DNA of 46,766 nucleotides, taken from Candidatus Heimdallarchaeota archaeon. Lineage in GTDB: Archaea; Asgardarchaeota; Heimdallarchaeia; Heimdallarchaeales; Heimdallarchaeaceae. Under the pieces are notes generated by a model. It did no database searches. It saw only the letters and a program-made list of their open reading frames with translations, and was not told the origin of the DNA. The position numbers and the translations under genes are program-made. The stretch is from the NCBI GenBank assembly GCA_016839945.1, contig JAEOTE010000033.1, positions 1 to 46,766 on the forward strand. Reading direction: 5' to 3'. This document shows, piece by piece, positions 18,788 through 27,949 of this stretch (position 1 is its first letter; each line of letters begins with the position of its first letter).

Positions 18788-21700
18788 ATGATGTCAGAGA
18801 ATGAAATTAAGGGGGTATTAGATGACCTTCTCTATGGTGTTACTATTGTAAAAGATAACAAACTAGTTTATGTTAACAATACTTTGAAAGATATTTTTGG
18901 TGCAACAGAAGAAGAAATTAGAGAAGGAACTATGTCTAAATTTATAGCTCCAGAAGAAAAGGAAAGAATGGAAAGAATTATACATGAAATAGAGACTTCT
19001 GCGAGTTCCCCTCAAGTATTAGAATATTGGATTTTAAAGAAAGATGGTACTAAAAGATTCTTAAGAGATAATTTCTTTGAATTAAAGGATAACAGCAAAA
19101 TTGTTGGAAAAATTACCTTTACTCAAGATATAACTGATGAGATACAAGTTGAGTCTAAGATGCTTGCATCAGAGATGAAAAAATCAAGGTTTCTAGATTA
19201 TCTAAATGAGCACATAATCTTTCATGATACAAATTTGAAAATGATTTGGGCAAATAAAGCAGCAAGTGATTCTGTAAACTTAACACCAGAGCAATTAGTT
19301 GGTAAAAGTTGTTATGAAGTCTGGCATGAGAGTGATACTCCTTGTACTGATTGTCCAGTTATTAAAGCAAAAGAAACTGGAGAAGCTCATGAAGCAGAAT
19401 TAACAACTCCTGATAAAAGAGTATGGTATGTTAGAGGTTATCCAGTATATGGTGAGAATGATGAGCTAATTGGAATGGCAGAGTTAACTCAAGAAATAAC
19501 CGAAAAAAAAGCAGCTGAAAAAAAACTGAAGGAAAGTGAAAAAAATTATCGTCAACTTTTCCATAATGCAAATGATATGATAGCTGTAATAGAATTATTT
19601 GGTGAGGGGAGTGAGGACATTATTGGAAATTTCATTGAAATTAATAATATTGCTTTAGAAGAAAGTGGTTATTCAAGAGAAGAAGCATTATCTATGCATC
19701 CAAAAGAAGTCATAGAGGATCTAACTGATGAATTGATAATCGATTATTATGATGAAGTTATGGAAAAACAATTCATAATTTTTGAGCGAAATCTACTCAC
19801 AAAGAGTGGGAAAAAAATTCCTATTGAAGTAAAAGCAACCTTTGTTACCATAAAAGGAGAATTATCGGTTTTAGTTACTGCGAGAGATTTATCAGAGAGA
19901 AAAGAAGCAGCTGAAAAACTAAAAGAAAGCGAAGAAAAATATAAACAATTACTTGAAATTTCTCCTGATGCTATCGTTGCTTCTGACATAAATGGAGAAA
20001 TAACCTTTGCAAATCAACAAGCTGCATTAATGTATGGAACACCAAATCTTGATGAACTAATAGGGAGAAACACGTTTGAATTTATTGCTCAAGATGATGT
20101 CATAAGAGCTCAAAGAGGTTTTCAGAATATATTGACTGATGGCTTTGTTAGAAACAAACAATTCAAAATAATAAGGGAGGATGGAAATCTACTATATGTG
20201 GAAACAAATGCAACAGTAACGTATGATTCTAAGGGAAAGCCTAGTGGATTTATTGCAGTAACAAGAGATATTTCAGAACATAAGAAAGCTGAAAAAACCA
20301 TTTTAGAAAGTGAAGAAAAATTCAGACAAATTTTCAATAACGCAAATGATGCAATTTTCCTTACAAACTTATCTGAAGATTACACTAATGATTTTATTGA
20401 AATTAATGATGTAGCATGTAAAACATTAGGTTACACAAAAGAGGAGTTTCTTAAATTAAAGACGATTCATATAATAGCTCCAGAAGCAAGAGAAGTTCAA
20501 CCAGAATTAATGAAAGCTCTGAAGATAAATGGTTATATTACATATGAAACAATTTATTTGACTAAAGAAGGAAAAACTTCTCCTGTTGAAGTAAATTCTC
20601 ACATTTTTAAACTCAGAGAGGAGGAAGTTGTTCTTTCAATTGCAAGAGATATAACTGTAAGAAAGCAAATGGAAAAAGATTATCTAGAGAGTGAAGAAAG
20701 GTATAGAAAACTGATCGAAACTTCTCCTGACTCCATCATTCTTACAGATCTTAAAGGAAACATCACTTTAGCAAATCAAAAAGCAGCATCGATGTATGGT
20801 GTAGAAAATGCAGAAGATTTAATCGCTTTAAATATGATGGATTTCACTTCTCATGAGGATCGGAAAAGAGTTTTTGAGAGTTTAGGGAGAGTTTTTACTG
20901 ACGCTAAGTTTGAAACATTAGAATATACTATGCTAACCAAAGATGGATCTCGTTATCCTGCTGAATTAAGTGCTTCTGTAGTTGTAGATAAAAATGGTAA
21001 ACCAATTGCTTTAATGGTTGTTAGTAGAAATATTGCAGAAAGAAAGAAAGCAGAAAAAACAATAAGAGATAGTGAAGAAAAATTCAGACAAATCTTCAAC
21101 AATGCAAACGATGCAATCTTTATTCATAAATTAACAAAAGAGGGTAAATTAGGGGAGTTCATTGAAGTTAATAACGTTGCAAGTGAATGGACAGGATACA
21201 CAAGGGACGAATTATTAGAGTTAACACCTACAGATATTGATCGACCAGAATTAGTTAATCAAACTATAGATATAGGGAAAGAGCTTAAATCTTCAGGATT
21301 TGCCACATTTGAAGGAGTTATAGCTCATAAAGATGGAATGGTTAAAGCTGTTGAATTTAGCTCTCATTTATTCTTACTTTATGATGAAGTTGTTATTTTA
21401 TCAGTAGCAAGAGACATAACTGACAGAAAGAAAGCTAGAGAGGAACTCATAGAAAGTGAAGAAAAATTCAGGCAAATTTTCCATAATGCGAATGATGGAA
21501 TTTTTCTAACAAGAATAGTTAGGGAGGATAAAACTAGTCCTTTCATCGAGGTAAATGAAGTTACTTGTAATTGGTTAGGTTATTCTAAAGAAGAATTGCT
21601 TAAAATGAGATCAGTTGAAATTACTGCTCCAGAAGAGAAAGAATACAATGCAGAAATCATTAAAGAGATTTACAATAAGGGTCATGGTACATTTGAAACA

Positions 21701-22852
21701 GTACTTATATCAAAAGATCAAAGGAGAATTCCTATTGAACTTAGCTCACACCTCTTTACATTAAAAGATGAGAAAGTAGTCTTATCTATTGCAAGAGATA
21801 TTACTGAAAGAAAGAAGGCAGAAAGCGCTATTCAGGAAAGCGAGGAGAGGTATAGAAAGCTAGTTGAGACTTCACCAGATGGTATTGTTGTTGCAGATAT
21901 TTCGGGGGATATCATTATGACTAATCTTCAAGGAGCTAAATATTATGGTACTGATGATGTTAATGAGATAATTGGTCTTAATGCATTTGATTTAATCGAT
22001 GCTGGTGATCATGCTCTGGCAGCTGCAAATCTAGAAAAAACACTGGAAGAAGGAAAAGTAGGTCCAGTGGAATACACTTTCTTAAGAAAGAATGGTGAAA
22101 CATATCCTGCAGAATTAAGTGCATCAGTATTGGTTGATGAAGAAGAGAAACCTTTTGCATTCGTAGCAACTGTAAGAGATATAACGGAAAGGAAGAAAGT
22201 AGAAGCCCAGATATTAGAAAGTGAAGAAAAATATAGACAGCTTTTCCATAATGCACAAGATATTATTGCAGTTGTTGATGTTCCTCGAGATGGTTCGGTT
22301 GGTAATATTATAGATGTTAATGATGTTACATGCAGTAAAACCAATTATTTAAGAGATGAAATTATTGGTTTAGATATTAGAGAAATTGTGAAAGGTCTAA
22401 CTGCAGAAGAAATTACTTCCTACTTTAAAGAGATGCTAGATGTAGATTTCATAACTTTCGAAAGAGATTTTGTTAAAAAGAATAAGGAAACTTTCCCAGT
22501 TGAAATTCAAGCAGCTCCTTTCACATTAAGAGATGAGGTATCGGTTTTGATTACTGCTAGAGACATCACAGAAAGAAAAAGAGACGAAGAATTAAAAAAG
22601 AGAGCTTATGCACAAATAGAACAGAATATAGATAATTTTGATATTTTAGTAGATAGAATAAGAAATCCACTAACAAGTATAATCGGATATTCTGAATTAG
22701 CTGATTCAATGCATTCCGAAATTATTATAGAAGAAGCAAGGAAAATAGAGGAAATTGCTCAACAGATGTCAGACAGTTGGGTTGATTCAGAAGAATTCAG
22801 AGAAATACTTAGGAAGCATATGTTGGATAATGCTGAAAAGGTTGAAGAATAA
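18788..22852 (+). CDS. Multi-PAS (10 PAS/PAC) sensor protein with degenerate HisKA-like C-terminus and no HATPase domain
   Basis: Ten units ending in (A/T/V/S)RDI(T/S)ERK-like motifs joined by ESEE(K/R)(Y/F)R linkers. Tail reads LVDRIRNPLTSIIGYSEL. Likely start ATG 18788/18791 (ORF track gives TTG 18722). Confidence 0.88.
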   Translation: MMSENEIKGVLDDLLYGVTIVKDNKLVYVNNTLKDIFGATEEEIREGTMSKFIAPEEKERMERIIHEIETSASSPQVLEYWILKKDGTKRFLRDNFFELKDNSKIVGKITFTQDITDEIQVESKMLASEMKKSRFLDYLNEHIIFHDTNLKMIWANKAASDSVNLTPEQLVGKSCYEVWHESDTPCTDCPVIKAKETGEAHEAELTTPDKRVWYVRGYPVYGENDELIGMAELTQEITEKKAAEKKLKESEKNYRQLFHNANDMIAVIELFGEGSEDIIGNFIEINNIALEESGYSREEALSMHPKEVIEDLTDELIIDYYDEVMEKQFIIFERNLLTKSGKKIPIEVKATFVTIKGELSVLVTARDLSERKEAAEKLKESEEKYKQLLEISPDAIVASDINGEITFANQQAALMYGTPNLDELIGRNTFEFIAQDDVIRAQRGFQNILTDGFVRNKQFKIIREDGNLLYVETNATVTYDSKGKPSGFIAVTRDISEHKKAEKTILESEEKFRQIFNNANDAIFLTNLSEDYTNDFIEINDVACKTLGYTKEEFLKLKTIHIIAPEAREVQPELMKALKINGYITYETIYLTKEGKTSPVEVNSHIFKLREEEVVLSIARDITVRKQMEKDYLESEERYRKLIETSPDSIILTDLKGNITLANQKAASMYGVENAEDLIALNMMDFTSHEDRKRVFESLGRVFTDAKFETLEYTMLTKDGSRYPAELSASVVVDKNGKPIALMVVSRNIAERKKAEKTIRDSEEKFRQIFNNANDAIFIHKLTKEGKLGEFIEVNNVASEWTGYTRDELLELTPTDIDRPELVNQTIDIGKELKSSGFATFEGVIAHKDGMVKAVEFSSHLFLLYDEVVILSVARDITDRKKAREELIESEEKFRQIFHNANDGIFLTRIVREDKTSPFIEVNEVTCNWLGYSKEELLKMRSVEITAPEEKEYNAEIIKEIYNKGHGTFETVLISKDQRRIPIELSSHLFTLKDEKVVLSIARDITERKKAESAIQESEERYRKLVETSPDGIVVADISGDIIMTNLQGAKYYGTDDVNEIIGLNAFDLIDAGDHALAAANLEKTLEEGKVGPVEYTFLRKNGETYPAELSASVLVDEEEKPFAFVATVRDITERKKVEAQILESEEKYRQLFHNAQDIIAVVDVPRDGSVGNIIDVNDVTCSKTNYLRDEIIGLDIREIVKGLTAEEITSYFKEMLDVDFITFERDFVKKNKETFPVEIQAAPFTLRDEVSVLITARDITERKRDEELKKRAYAQIEQNIDNFDILVDRIRNPLTSIIGYSELADSMHSEIIIEEARKIEEIAQQMSDSWVDSEEFREILRKHMLDNAEKVEE

Positions 22853-22911
22853 GAAATTCTTTATCCTTTTATTGCATATATTTTATATACTTCTCTTCTA
22901 AAATATCGAAT

Positions 22912-24108
22912 ATGCGTTTCGCGAAGAAATTCAAGAAGATGTTTCATATAACTATTTGGGAAACTCTCATTGCTTTAGCTGCAATTATCACTTATTTTGT
23001 ACTCAAAGCAACCTTACATCATATTCCACTTGGATTCATCATTTTTGGTTTTGTAGTTGGGACTTGGCTAGCTTTCAGACCTTCAGAATGGGCTGTTTTA
23101 GGATTGGGTTCTGGATCGAAATACGTTGGGCTATCTGATTATGTAGCAGGAATTTTATCAAGTCTTGCATCAAATCTTCCTGAAGCTGTAATAGCAATCA
23201 TTTTGATAGTAAAATTCGATAAAGTTCTCGTTGCAGTTATTACAGTCCTATCTGCTGCAGGTTTTAATGCAATAATTCTTGGAATTGCAATTCTTTTATC
23301 AACTTTGAAGAAAGGAGGTCATATTGCAGTACCCAAAGAATTAGAAAAGAGAGAAGCTCCAATCATTAGATGGGCTATAGTTGCGTTACTTATGACAGTT
23401 GTTTTTGGATTTGTTCAATATGCATACTATGGAAAAGATAACTTAGAGAGTGCTGTACTAACAAAACCAGTTGCAGCTCTTTTAGCTGCTAGTTACCTAT
23501 TCTACCTAATTTACATTATAGCTGTTAAAGAAAATGATGATAGATTGCCAAAAACTCCAGAAGAAAATGAGATTCATAAAACAAATGAAATTGAAGAAGA
23601 AACAAGTAAAGAAGAAAAACATGATGATCATGAGAAATTACCAATATGGTTAACAATATTATTGTTAGTTCTTGGTTTTGTAGGAATTTATTTTGGAGGT
23701 GAAACTTTAACAGAAAGCGTGAATCACCTCATTGAAGACATTCCATTTTTCTTTACCTCTAAAGGTCAAATTACAGCTGCATTAATTCTTGGTGCCGCAG
23801 GAGCAGTACCAGAACATGGAATAGCAATAATATCAGCAGCAAAGGATGAGATAGAGGTTGGTATAGGTAATGCAATGGGAGGAATCCTTCAATCAGCATT
23901 GTTAATCTTTGGTATTTTAGGTATTATTGTTTCTGTTACAATACACCCATTTATTTTACTACAACTAACATCTATTGCTGTAACGCTTTGGTTTGTAAAA
24001 CGGTGTATACATGACGGAAAGTTCGATACGTTTGAAGGGATAATGATTATTATTCTACAAATCTTCATATTCATAATTCTATATGAAGATATAGCGTTCT
24101 TCGGGTGA
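22912..24108 (+). CDS. Ca2+/cation antiporter (CaCA, Na_Ca_ex) family protein
   Basis: Two inverted repeats with alpha motifs SLASNLPE and GAAGAVPE...IGNAMGG, and an acidic/His-rich central loop. Confidence 0.82.
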   Translation: MRFAKKFKKMFHITIWETLIALAAIITYFVLKATLHHIPLGFIIFGFVVGTWLAFRPSEWAVLGLGSGSKYVGLSDYVAGILSSLASNLPEAVIAIILIVKFDKVLVAVITVLSAAGFNAIILGIAILLSTLKKGGHIAVPKELEKREAPIIRWAIVALLMTVVFGFVQYAYYGKDNLESAVLTKPVAALLAASYLFYLIYIIAVKENDDRLPKTPEENEIHKTNEIEEETSKEEKHDDHEKLPIWLTILLLVLGFVGIYFGGETLTESVNHLIEDIPFFFTSKGQITAALILGAAGAVPEHGIAIISAAKDEIEVGIGNAMGGILQSALLIFGILGIIVSVTIHPFILLQLTSIAVTLWFVKRCIHDGKFDTFEGIMIIILQIFIFIILYEDIAFFG

Positions 24109-24191
24109 TTTATTTTGCTTTCATTTTTTTCTTTTTTTCAATAAATGGACAATGAAACACAGGTTCACTTTTTTCTTTCTAGGTTTTTATA

Positions 24192-24437
24192 ATGAATAAT
24201 TTAGTAAAGTACATGGGAATTCAGGAAGTACTGTCTTCTGCAGTTAATGAAGAGGAAATTGTCTTAATTCACAAAAATGGTACAATAATTGCAATAAATG
24301 ATTCGGTTTATCAAGTTAAAATCTACAGAGACCCTGAAAGAAAGATTTTCACTACTTCAATAGAAAATGCATATCGTTTTTTACAAGCAGATGAGAAAAA
24401 ATTTAATGATTTTGAAGACTATTATTTTGAGAAATAG
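24192..24437 (+). CDS. Hypothetical protein (81 aa)
   Basis: Non-overlapping ORF with natural composition, convergent with rocD. Confidence 0.55.
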   Translation: MNNLVKYMGIQEVLSSAVNEEEIVLIHKNGTIIAINDSVYQVKIYRDPERKIFTTSIENAYRFLQADEKKFNDFEDYYFEK

Positions 24438-24450
24438 AAAAGAAGATTAA

Positions 24451-25683
24451 TTAGCTTGTTTCATCAAACACCTTTTCTATCACTTCTAATGCCCATTCAA
24501 GTTCTTTCTTAGTTACAACTAACGGAGGAGCGAATCTTATAGAAAATTCATGTGTTTCCTTTGCTAATAAGCCTATAGGTTTATTTTTCATCATAGCTTC
24601 AGTATAAGGTCTAGCTTTTCCTTGGAGTTCAATAGCTACAAGTAATCCCTTTCCTCTTACTTCTTTAATTTTATCTGGATATTTTCTCTTGATTCTATTG
24701 AGTCCATCTATAAAGAATCTTCCTAGCTCATTTGATCTCTTAGAAAAATCTTCCTCTTTCAAGAGATCACAAACAGCTTCTAGAACAGCCATCCCAAGGC
24801 TGTTACCACCCCATGTTGAACCATGACTTCCAGGTGTTAAAACACCCATCACATCCCAATTAGCCAAAACTCCAGAAACAGGAAATACACCCCCACCTAC
24901 TGCTTTAGCTACAAGTGTCATATCTGGTTTAGTATTCTCGTGGTTGCATGCTAACATTGCTCCTGTTCTACAAAAACCTGTTTGAATTTCATCTGCAATC
25001 ATCAATATGTTGTTCTCTTTACATATTCCTTGAGCTTCCTTTAGATATCCTTTTGGAGGTAAGAGTACTCCTGCTTCTCCTTGAATTGGTTCAAATAGAA
25101 AAGCAACTGTATTTTTATTTATTGCTTTTTTCAAAGCATCAGTATCCCCATAAGGGATAACTTTGAAACCAGGAGTTTTTGGTCCAAATCCGTCATAAGA
25201 ATCAGGATCTGTTGAAAATCCTACGATGGTTATTGTTCTCCCATGAAAATTATTTTCGCAAACAATAATTTCTGCTTTATTGCTATCCACTCCTTTTTTT
25301 TCGTATCCCCATTTTCTAGCTATCTTCAATGCTGACTCAACAGCTTCTGCTCCAGTATTCATTGGTAAGAATACTTCATAATTTGTCAATTCACATAATT
25401 TTTTTGCAGCAGATCCCATTGAATCATTGCAAAAAGCTCTAGAAGTAAGAATAACTTTGTTAGCTTGTTTCTTTAAAGCTTTTACTAACTTTGGATTTCT
25501 ATGACCGAAATTCTGACTTGAGTATGCACTTAAGCAATCCATATATTTTTTACCATCTACATCCCACACCCAGATACCTTTAGCTTTCTTAATAACAACA
25601 GGTATGGGTTTGTAATTATGAGCAGTCCATTTCTTATCAAGTTCTAGATAAAACTGAGATAAATTTTTACTCTCCTTTGACAT
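24451..25683 (-). CDS. rocD: Ornithine aminotransferase (class III PLP-dependent)
   Basis: AHNYKPIPVV, DCLSAYS..NFGH, LTSRAF, MNTGAEAVESALK, EPIQGEAG, DEIQTG, catalytic Lys in AKAVGGG, HGSTWGGN. Likely ATG 25683 (ORF track gives 25704). Confidence 0.92.
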   Translation of the reverse strand: MSKESKNLSQFYLELDKKWTAHNYKPIPVVIKKAKGIWVWDVDGKKYMDCLSAYSSQNFGHRNPKLVKALKKQANKVILTSRAFCNDSMGSAAKKLCELTNYEVFLPMNTGAEAVESALKIARKWGYEKKGVDSNKAEIIVCENNFHGRTITIVGFSTDPDSYDGFGPKTPGFKVIPYGDTDALKKAINKNTVAFLFEPIQGEAGVLLPPKGYLKEAQGICKENNILMIADEIQTGFCRTGAMLACNHENTKPDMTLVAKAVGGGVFPVSGVLANWDVMGVLTPGSHGSTWGGNSLGMAVLEAVCDLLKEEDFSKRSNELGRFFIDGLNRIKRKYPDKIKEVRGKGLLVAIELQGKARPYTEAMMKNKPIGLLAKETHEFSIRFAPPLVVTKKELEWALEVIEKVFDETS

Positions 25684-25752
25684 GAGAATCACCAATAGCT
25701 TCAATTTCTTCTTAATCTGTAAGCTTTTAAAATTTTAGATGAAAAAGAAAAA

Positions 25753-26802
25753 TTATCTCTTTCTTAATCGTTTTAGAGAAATAAAGACTAAAGGTATTAT
25801 TAACACCATTAAAACACCTGAAATAGGAAAACTAGCTTTATCTATCACTATTAGGAATGCTTGATCTTCGATATCAAAAAGAGCATCTAAAAGAAAAACT
25901 ACAAACTCGCCTGCTAGTTGCGCGCCTTCTTCCCATTCAACACTTTCTAAATCAATTATGAAATGTTGTTTGATTGTCCCTAATGTTGTTACAAAACTTA
26001 TAGTAGTAAGAAAAGATGAAATTCGTAGATATACATCTTGGAAATTTAGAGAGATGTCTTCAATATAAACCAGAAAATCACTCATATTTTTGAAAACAGA
26101 TACATCATCAAAATAAATATCATCTCCTGAAACCCATTCTAATTGTTCATCAAAAATCATTGCTGATAGTGTAATTGTTCCTTCCAGACGTGTTATAGGT
26201 GTTATTGCTACTGATATGGAATCCACATCTTCTATCAATTGCTCTTCTACTGAAATGATAATTGGATTGAAATTAATTGGTACAGATAAATTTTCTCCTA
26301 TTATAGAATCATAGCTTGCAATACTGTTACTTACTCCTTCAGTAATATTAATCATGAAATAATCTGAAGTAAGAACTTTAGCTATAATTGATCCATTTAT
26401 GCCTAATGTGATGTTACCAGAGTTACTATCCAATTGGATTCCAAATTCAGCTACTTCTTTCTTGATTTTTCTACTTAGATATCCTGTTAAATTTAAAGGA
26501 GAATTAAACTCAGTATGAAGAGTTAATCGAGGATAGAATTCTATTCCAAGACTTTCATTTACATAATTGAAAAACATATTTGCTCTGAAATCTTGAGAAA
26601 AATCCACTATTTGTGAATTCACAAACCAATCGTCAACTAATTCAATACTACCTTTTTCAAAATTCGCTAATAGATTTGGAGTGTCTAGAGCCGGGAATAG
26701 TATTAAAATTACTATCAAACTTAAAGGAAATAATGTTCTATTCAGTTTCATAAGTGCATCTCTATGTAAAAGAAGCACAAAAACACTATTTAACCTTTTC
26801 AT
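25753..26802 (-). CDS. Hypothetical secreted/surface protein with C-terminal TM anchor and basic tail
   Basis: Signal-like segment after M18 (ATG 26751), beta-rich body, C-terminal KASFP + hydrophobic helix + KRLRKR. Confidence 0.65.
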   Translation of the reverse strand: MKRLNSVFVLLLHRDALMKLNRTLFPLSLIVILILFPALDTPNLLANFEKGSIELVDDWFVNSQIVDFSQDFRANMFFNYVNESLGIEFYPRLTLHTEFNSPLNLTGYLSRKIKKEVAEFGIQLDSNSGNITLGINGSIIAKVLTSDYFMINITEGVSNSIASYDSIIGENLSVPINFNPIIISVEEQLIEDVDSISVAITPITRLEGTITLSAMIFDEQLEWVSGDDIYFDDVSVFKNMSDFLVYIEDISLNFQDVYLRISSFLTTISFVTTLGTIKQHFIIDLESVEWEEGAQLAGEFVVFLLDALFDIEDQAFLIVIDKASFPISGVLMVLIIPLVFISLKRLRKR

Positions 26803-26852
26803 TTTTCGATTTTAGCAAAAATATTTAAGAATCCATTTGTATATTTAGACCT

Positions 26853-27836
26853 ATGTCTGAAGATTCTAACGACACCAAAGTAAAAACTAAAAAAGAGAAA
26901 AAGAGGAGAGAAAAGAAAGAAAAACCACCCAAAGTTAAAAAAGAAGGTACTTTTGGACAAAAAATCGGAAGAGGATTTGTTGTTTTCTTTAAAGGCGTTG
27001 GTAAAGTTATCAAGGGTTTCTTCAAATACTGTCTATTTCCATTCTGGTATACAGGTGTCTTATTTGAAAAAACATTCAGATTTCTGAAAACACGAAGTGA
27101 CGAACCACTTACAGAAGATGATAAGAATTACTTGTCTTTAATACCAACACTGTTTTTCATGTTTGGTCTTTGTATTCTAATTCTATATCTGTTATTTGCT
27201 ACACCTGTTTTTGAAGAAACTAAAGAGTTGATTGAAAATGAAAGCTTTTGGCAATCTGTTGGACAATTCTTTGTGGACCTTTGGAATGGTTTTGTAAATC
27301 TTCTTGAAATTGTCTTTGTAGATTTCTTCTGGAATATGATTGTTATTCCTTTTGCTGACCTTCTAAGTTCTCATCACTGGGTTTCAGCGTTTGTATTATT
27401 GTTTGCTGTTATACTAGTTATTGGTCTTAGTATTTTAATTATCAATATCGCTAAGAAAGGCAAACTCTTCATTTTCCTAGGAAACTTTTTCGGTAAAATT
27501 GGCAGAGGAATCAAGAAAGGTCATGAAGCAATAAAGAGGTTTGTTCTAAAGTATCTCATAGGAGAGAGATATATTACTACAAGAACAAAAAACTTCTTCT
27601 GGACCAATGTACTTCTACAATTCTTATTAACTATAATATTCATTGTATTCTCCATTTATTTGGTAGTAGAACAATACCAAGCTGGAGTCTGGGATAGTAT
27701 AGCAATAATGAATTTCGCAATTGTAGCTGCAGGAATGTTGTTCCTCCTAGTAGGTGTTTTTGCTACATGGTTCTTTAGTCTAGTTCATGGAGTATCCTCT
27801 TCACCTTCAAAGGATCTGAAAGCTGCAAAAGAGTAA
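26853..27836 (+). CDS. Hypothetical integral membrane protein with Lys-rich N-terminus
   Basis: Charged N-terminus, about 4-5 hydrophobic helices, and amphipathic Gly/Phe/Lys helices. Confidence 0.7.
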   Translation: MSEDSNDTKVKTKKEKKRREKKEKPPKVKKEGTFGQKIGRGFVVFFKGVGKVIKGFFKYCLFPFWYTGVLFEKTFRFLKTRSDEPLTEDDKNYLSLIPTLFFMFGLCILILYLLFATPVFEETKELIENESFWQSVGQFFVDLWNGFVNLLEIVFVDFFWNMIVIPFADLLSSHHWVSAFVLLFAVILVIGLSILIINIAKKGKLFIFLGNFFGKIGRGIKKGHEAIKRFVLKYLIGERYITTRTKNFFWTNVLLQFLLTIIFIVFSIYLVVEQYQAGVWDSIAIMNFAIVAAGMLFLLVGVFATWFFSLVHGVSSSPSKDLKAAKE

Positions 27837-27949
27837 GATATCTAAAGAAGGAAGAACAAAATCCTTCATCCAATTTTTTTTTTGTTTTAAAATGCGTAAG
27901 TAAAATTTAATATATAGCTTTTAATCAGTACTTCGTATTAGTGATTGTT

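Noticed and set aside
19500-22600. CRISPR array or DNA repeat element suggested by recurring gaaagtgaagaaaaa
   Set aside because: The recurrences are coding PAS linker sequences spaced about 380-400 bp apart, not repeat-spacer units.
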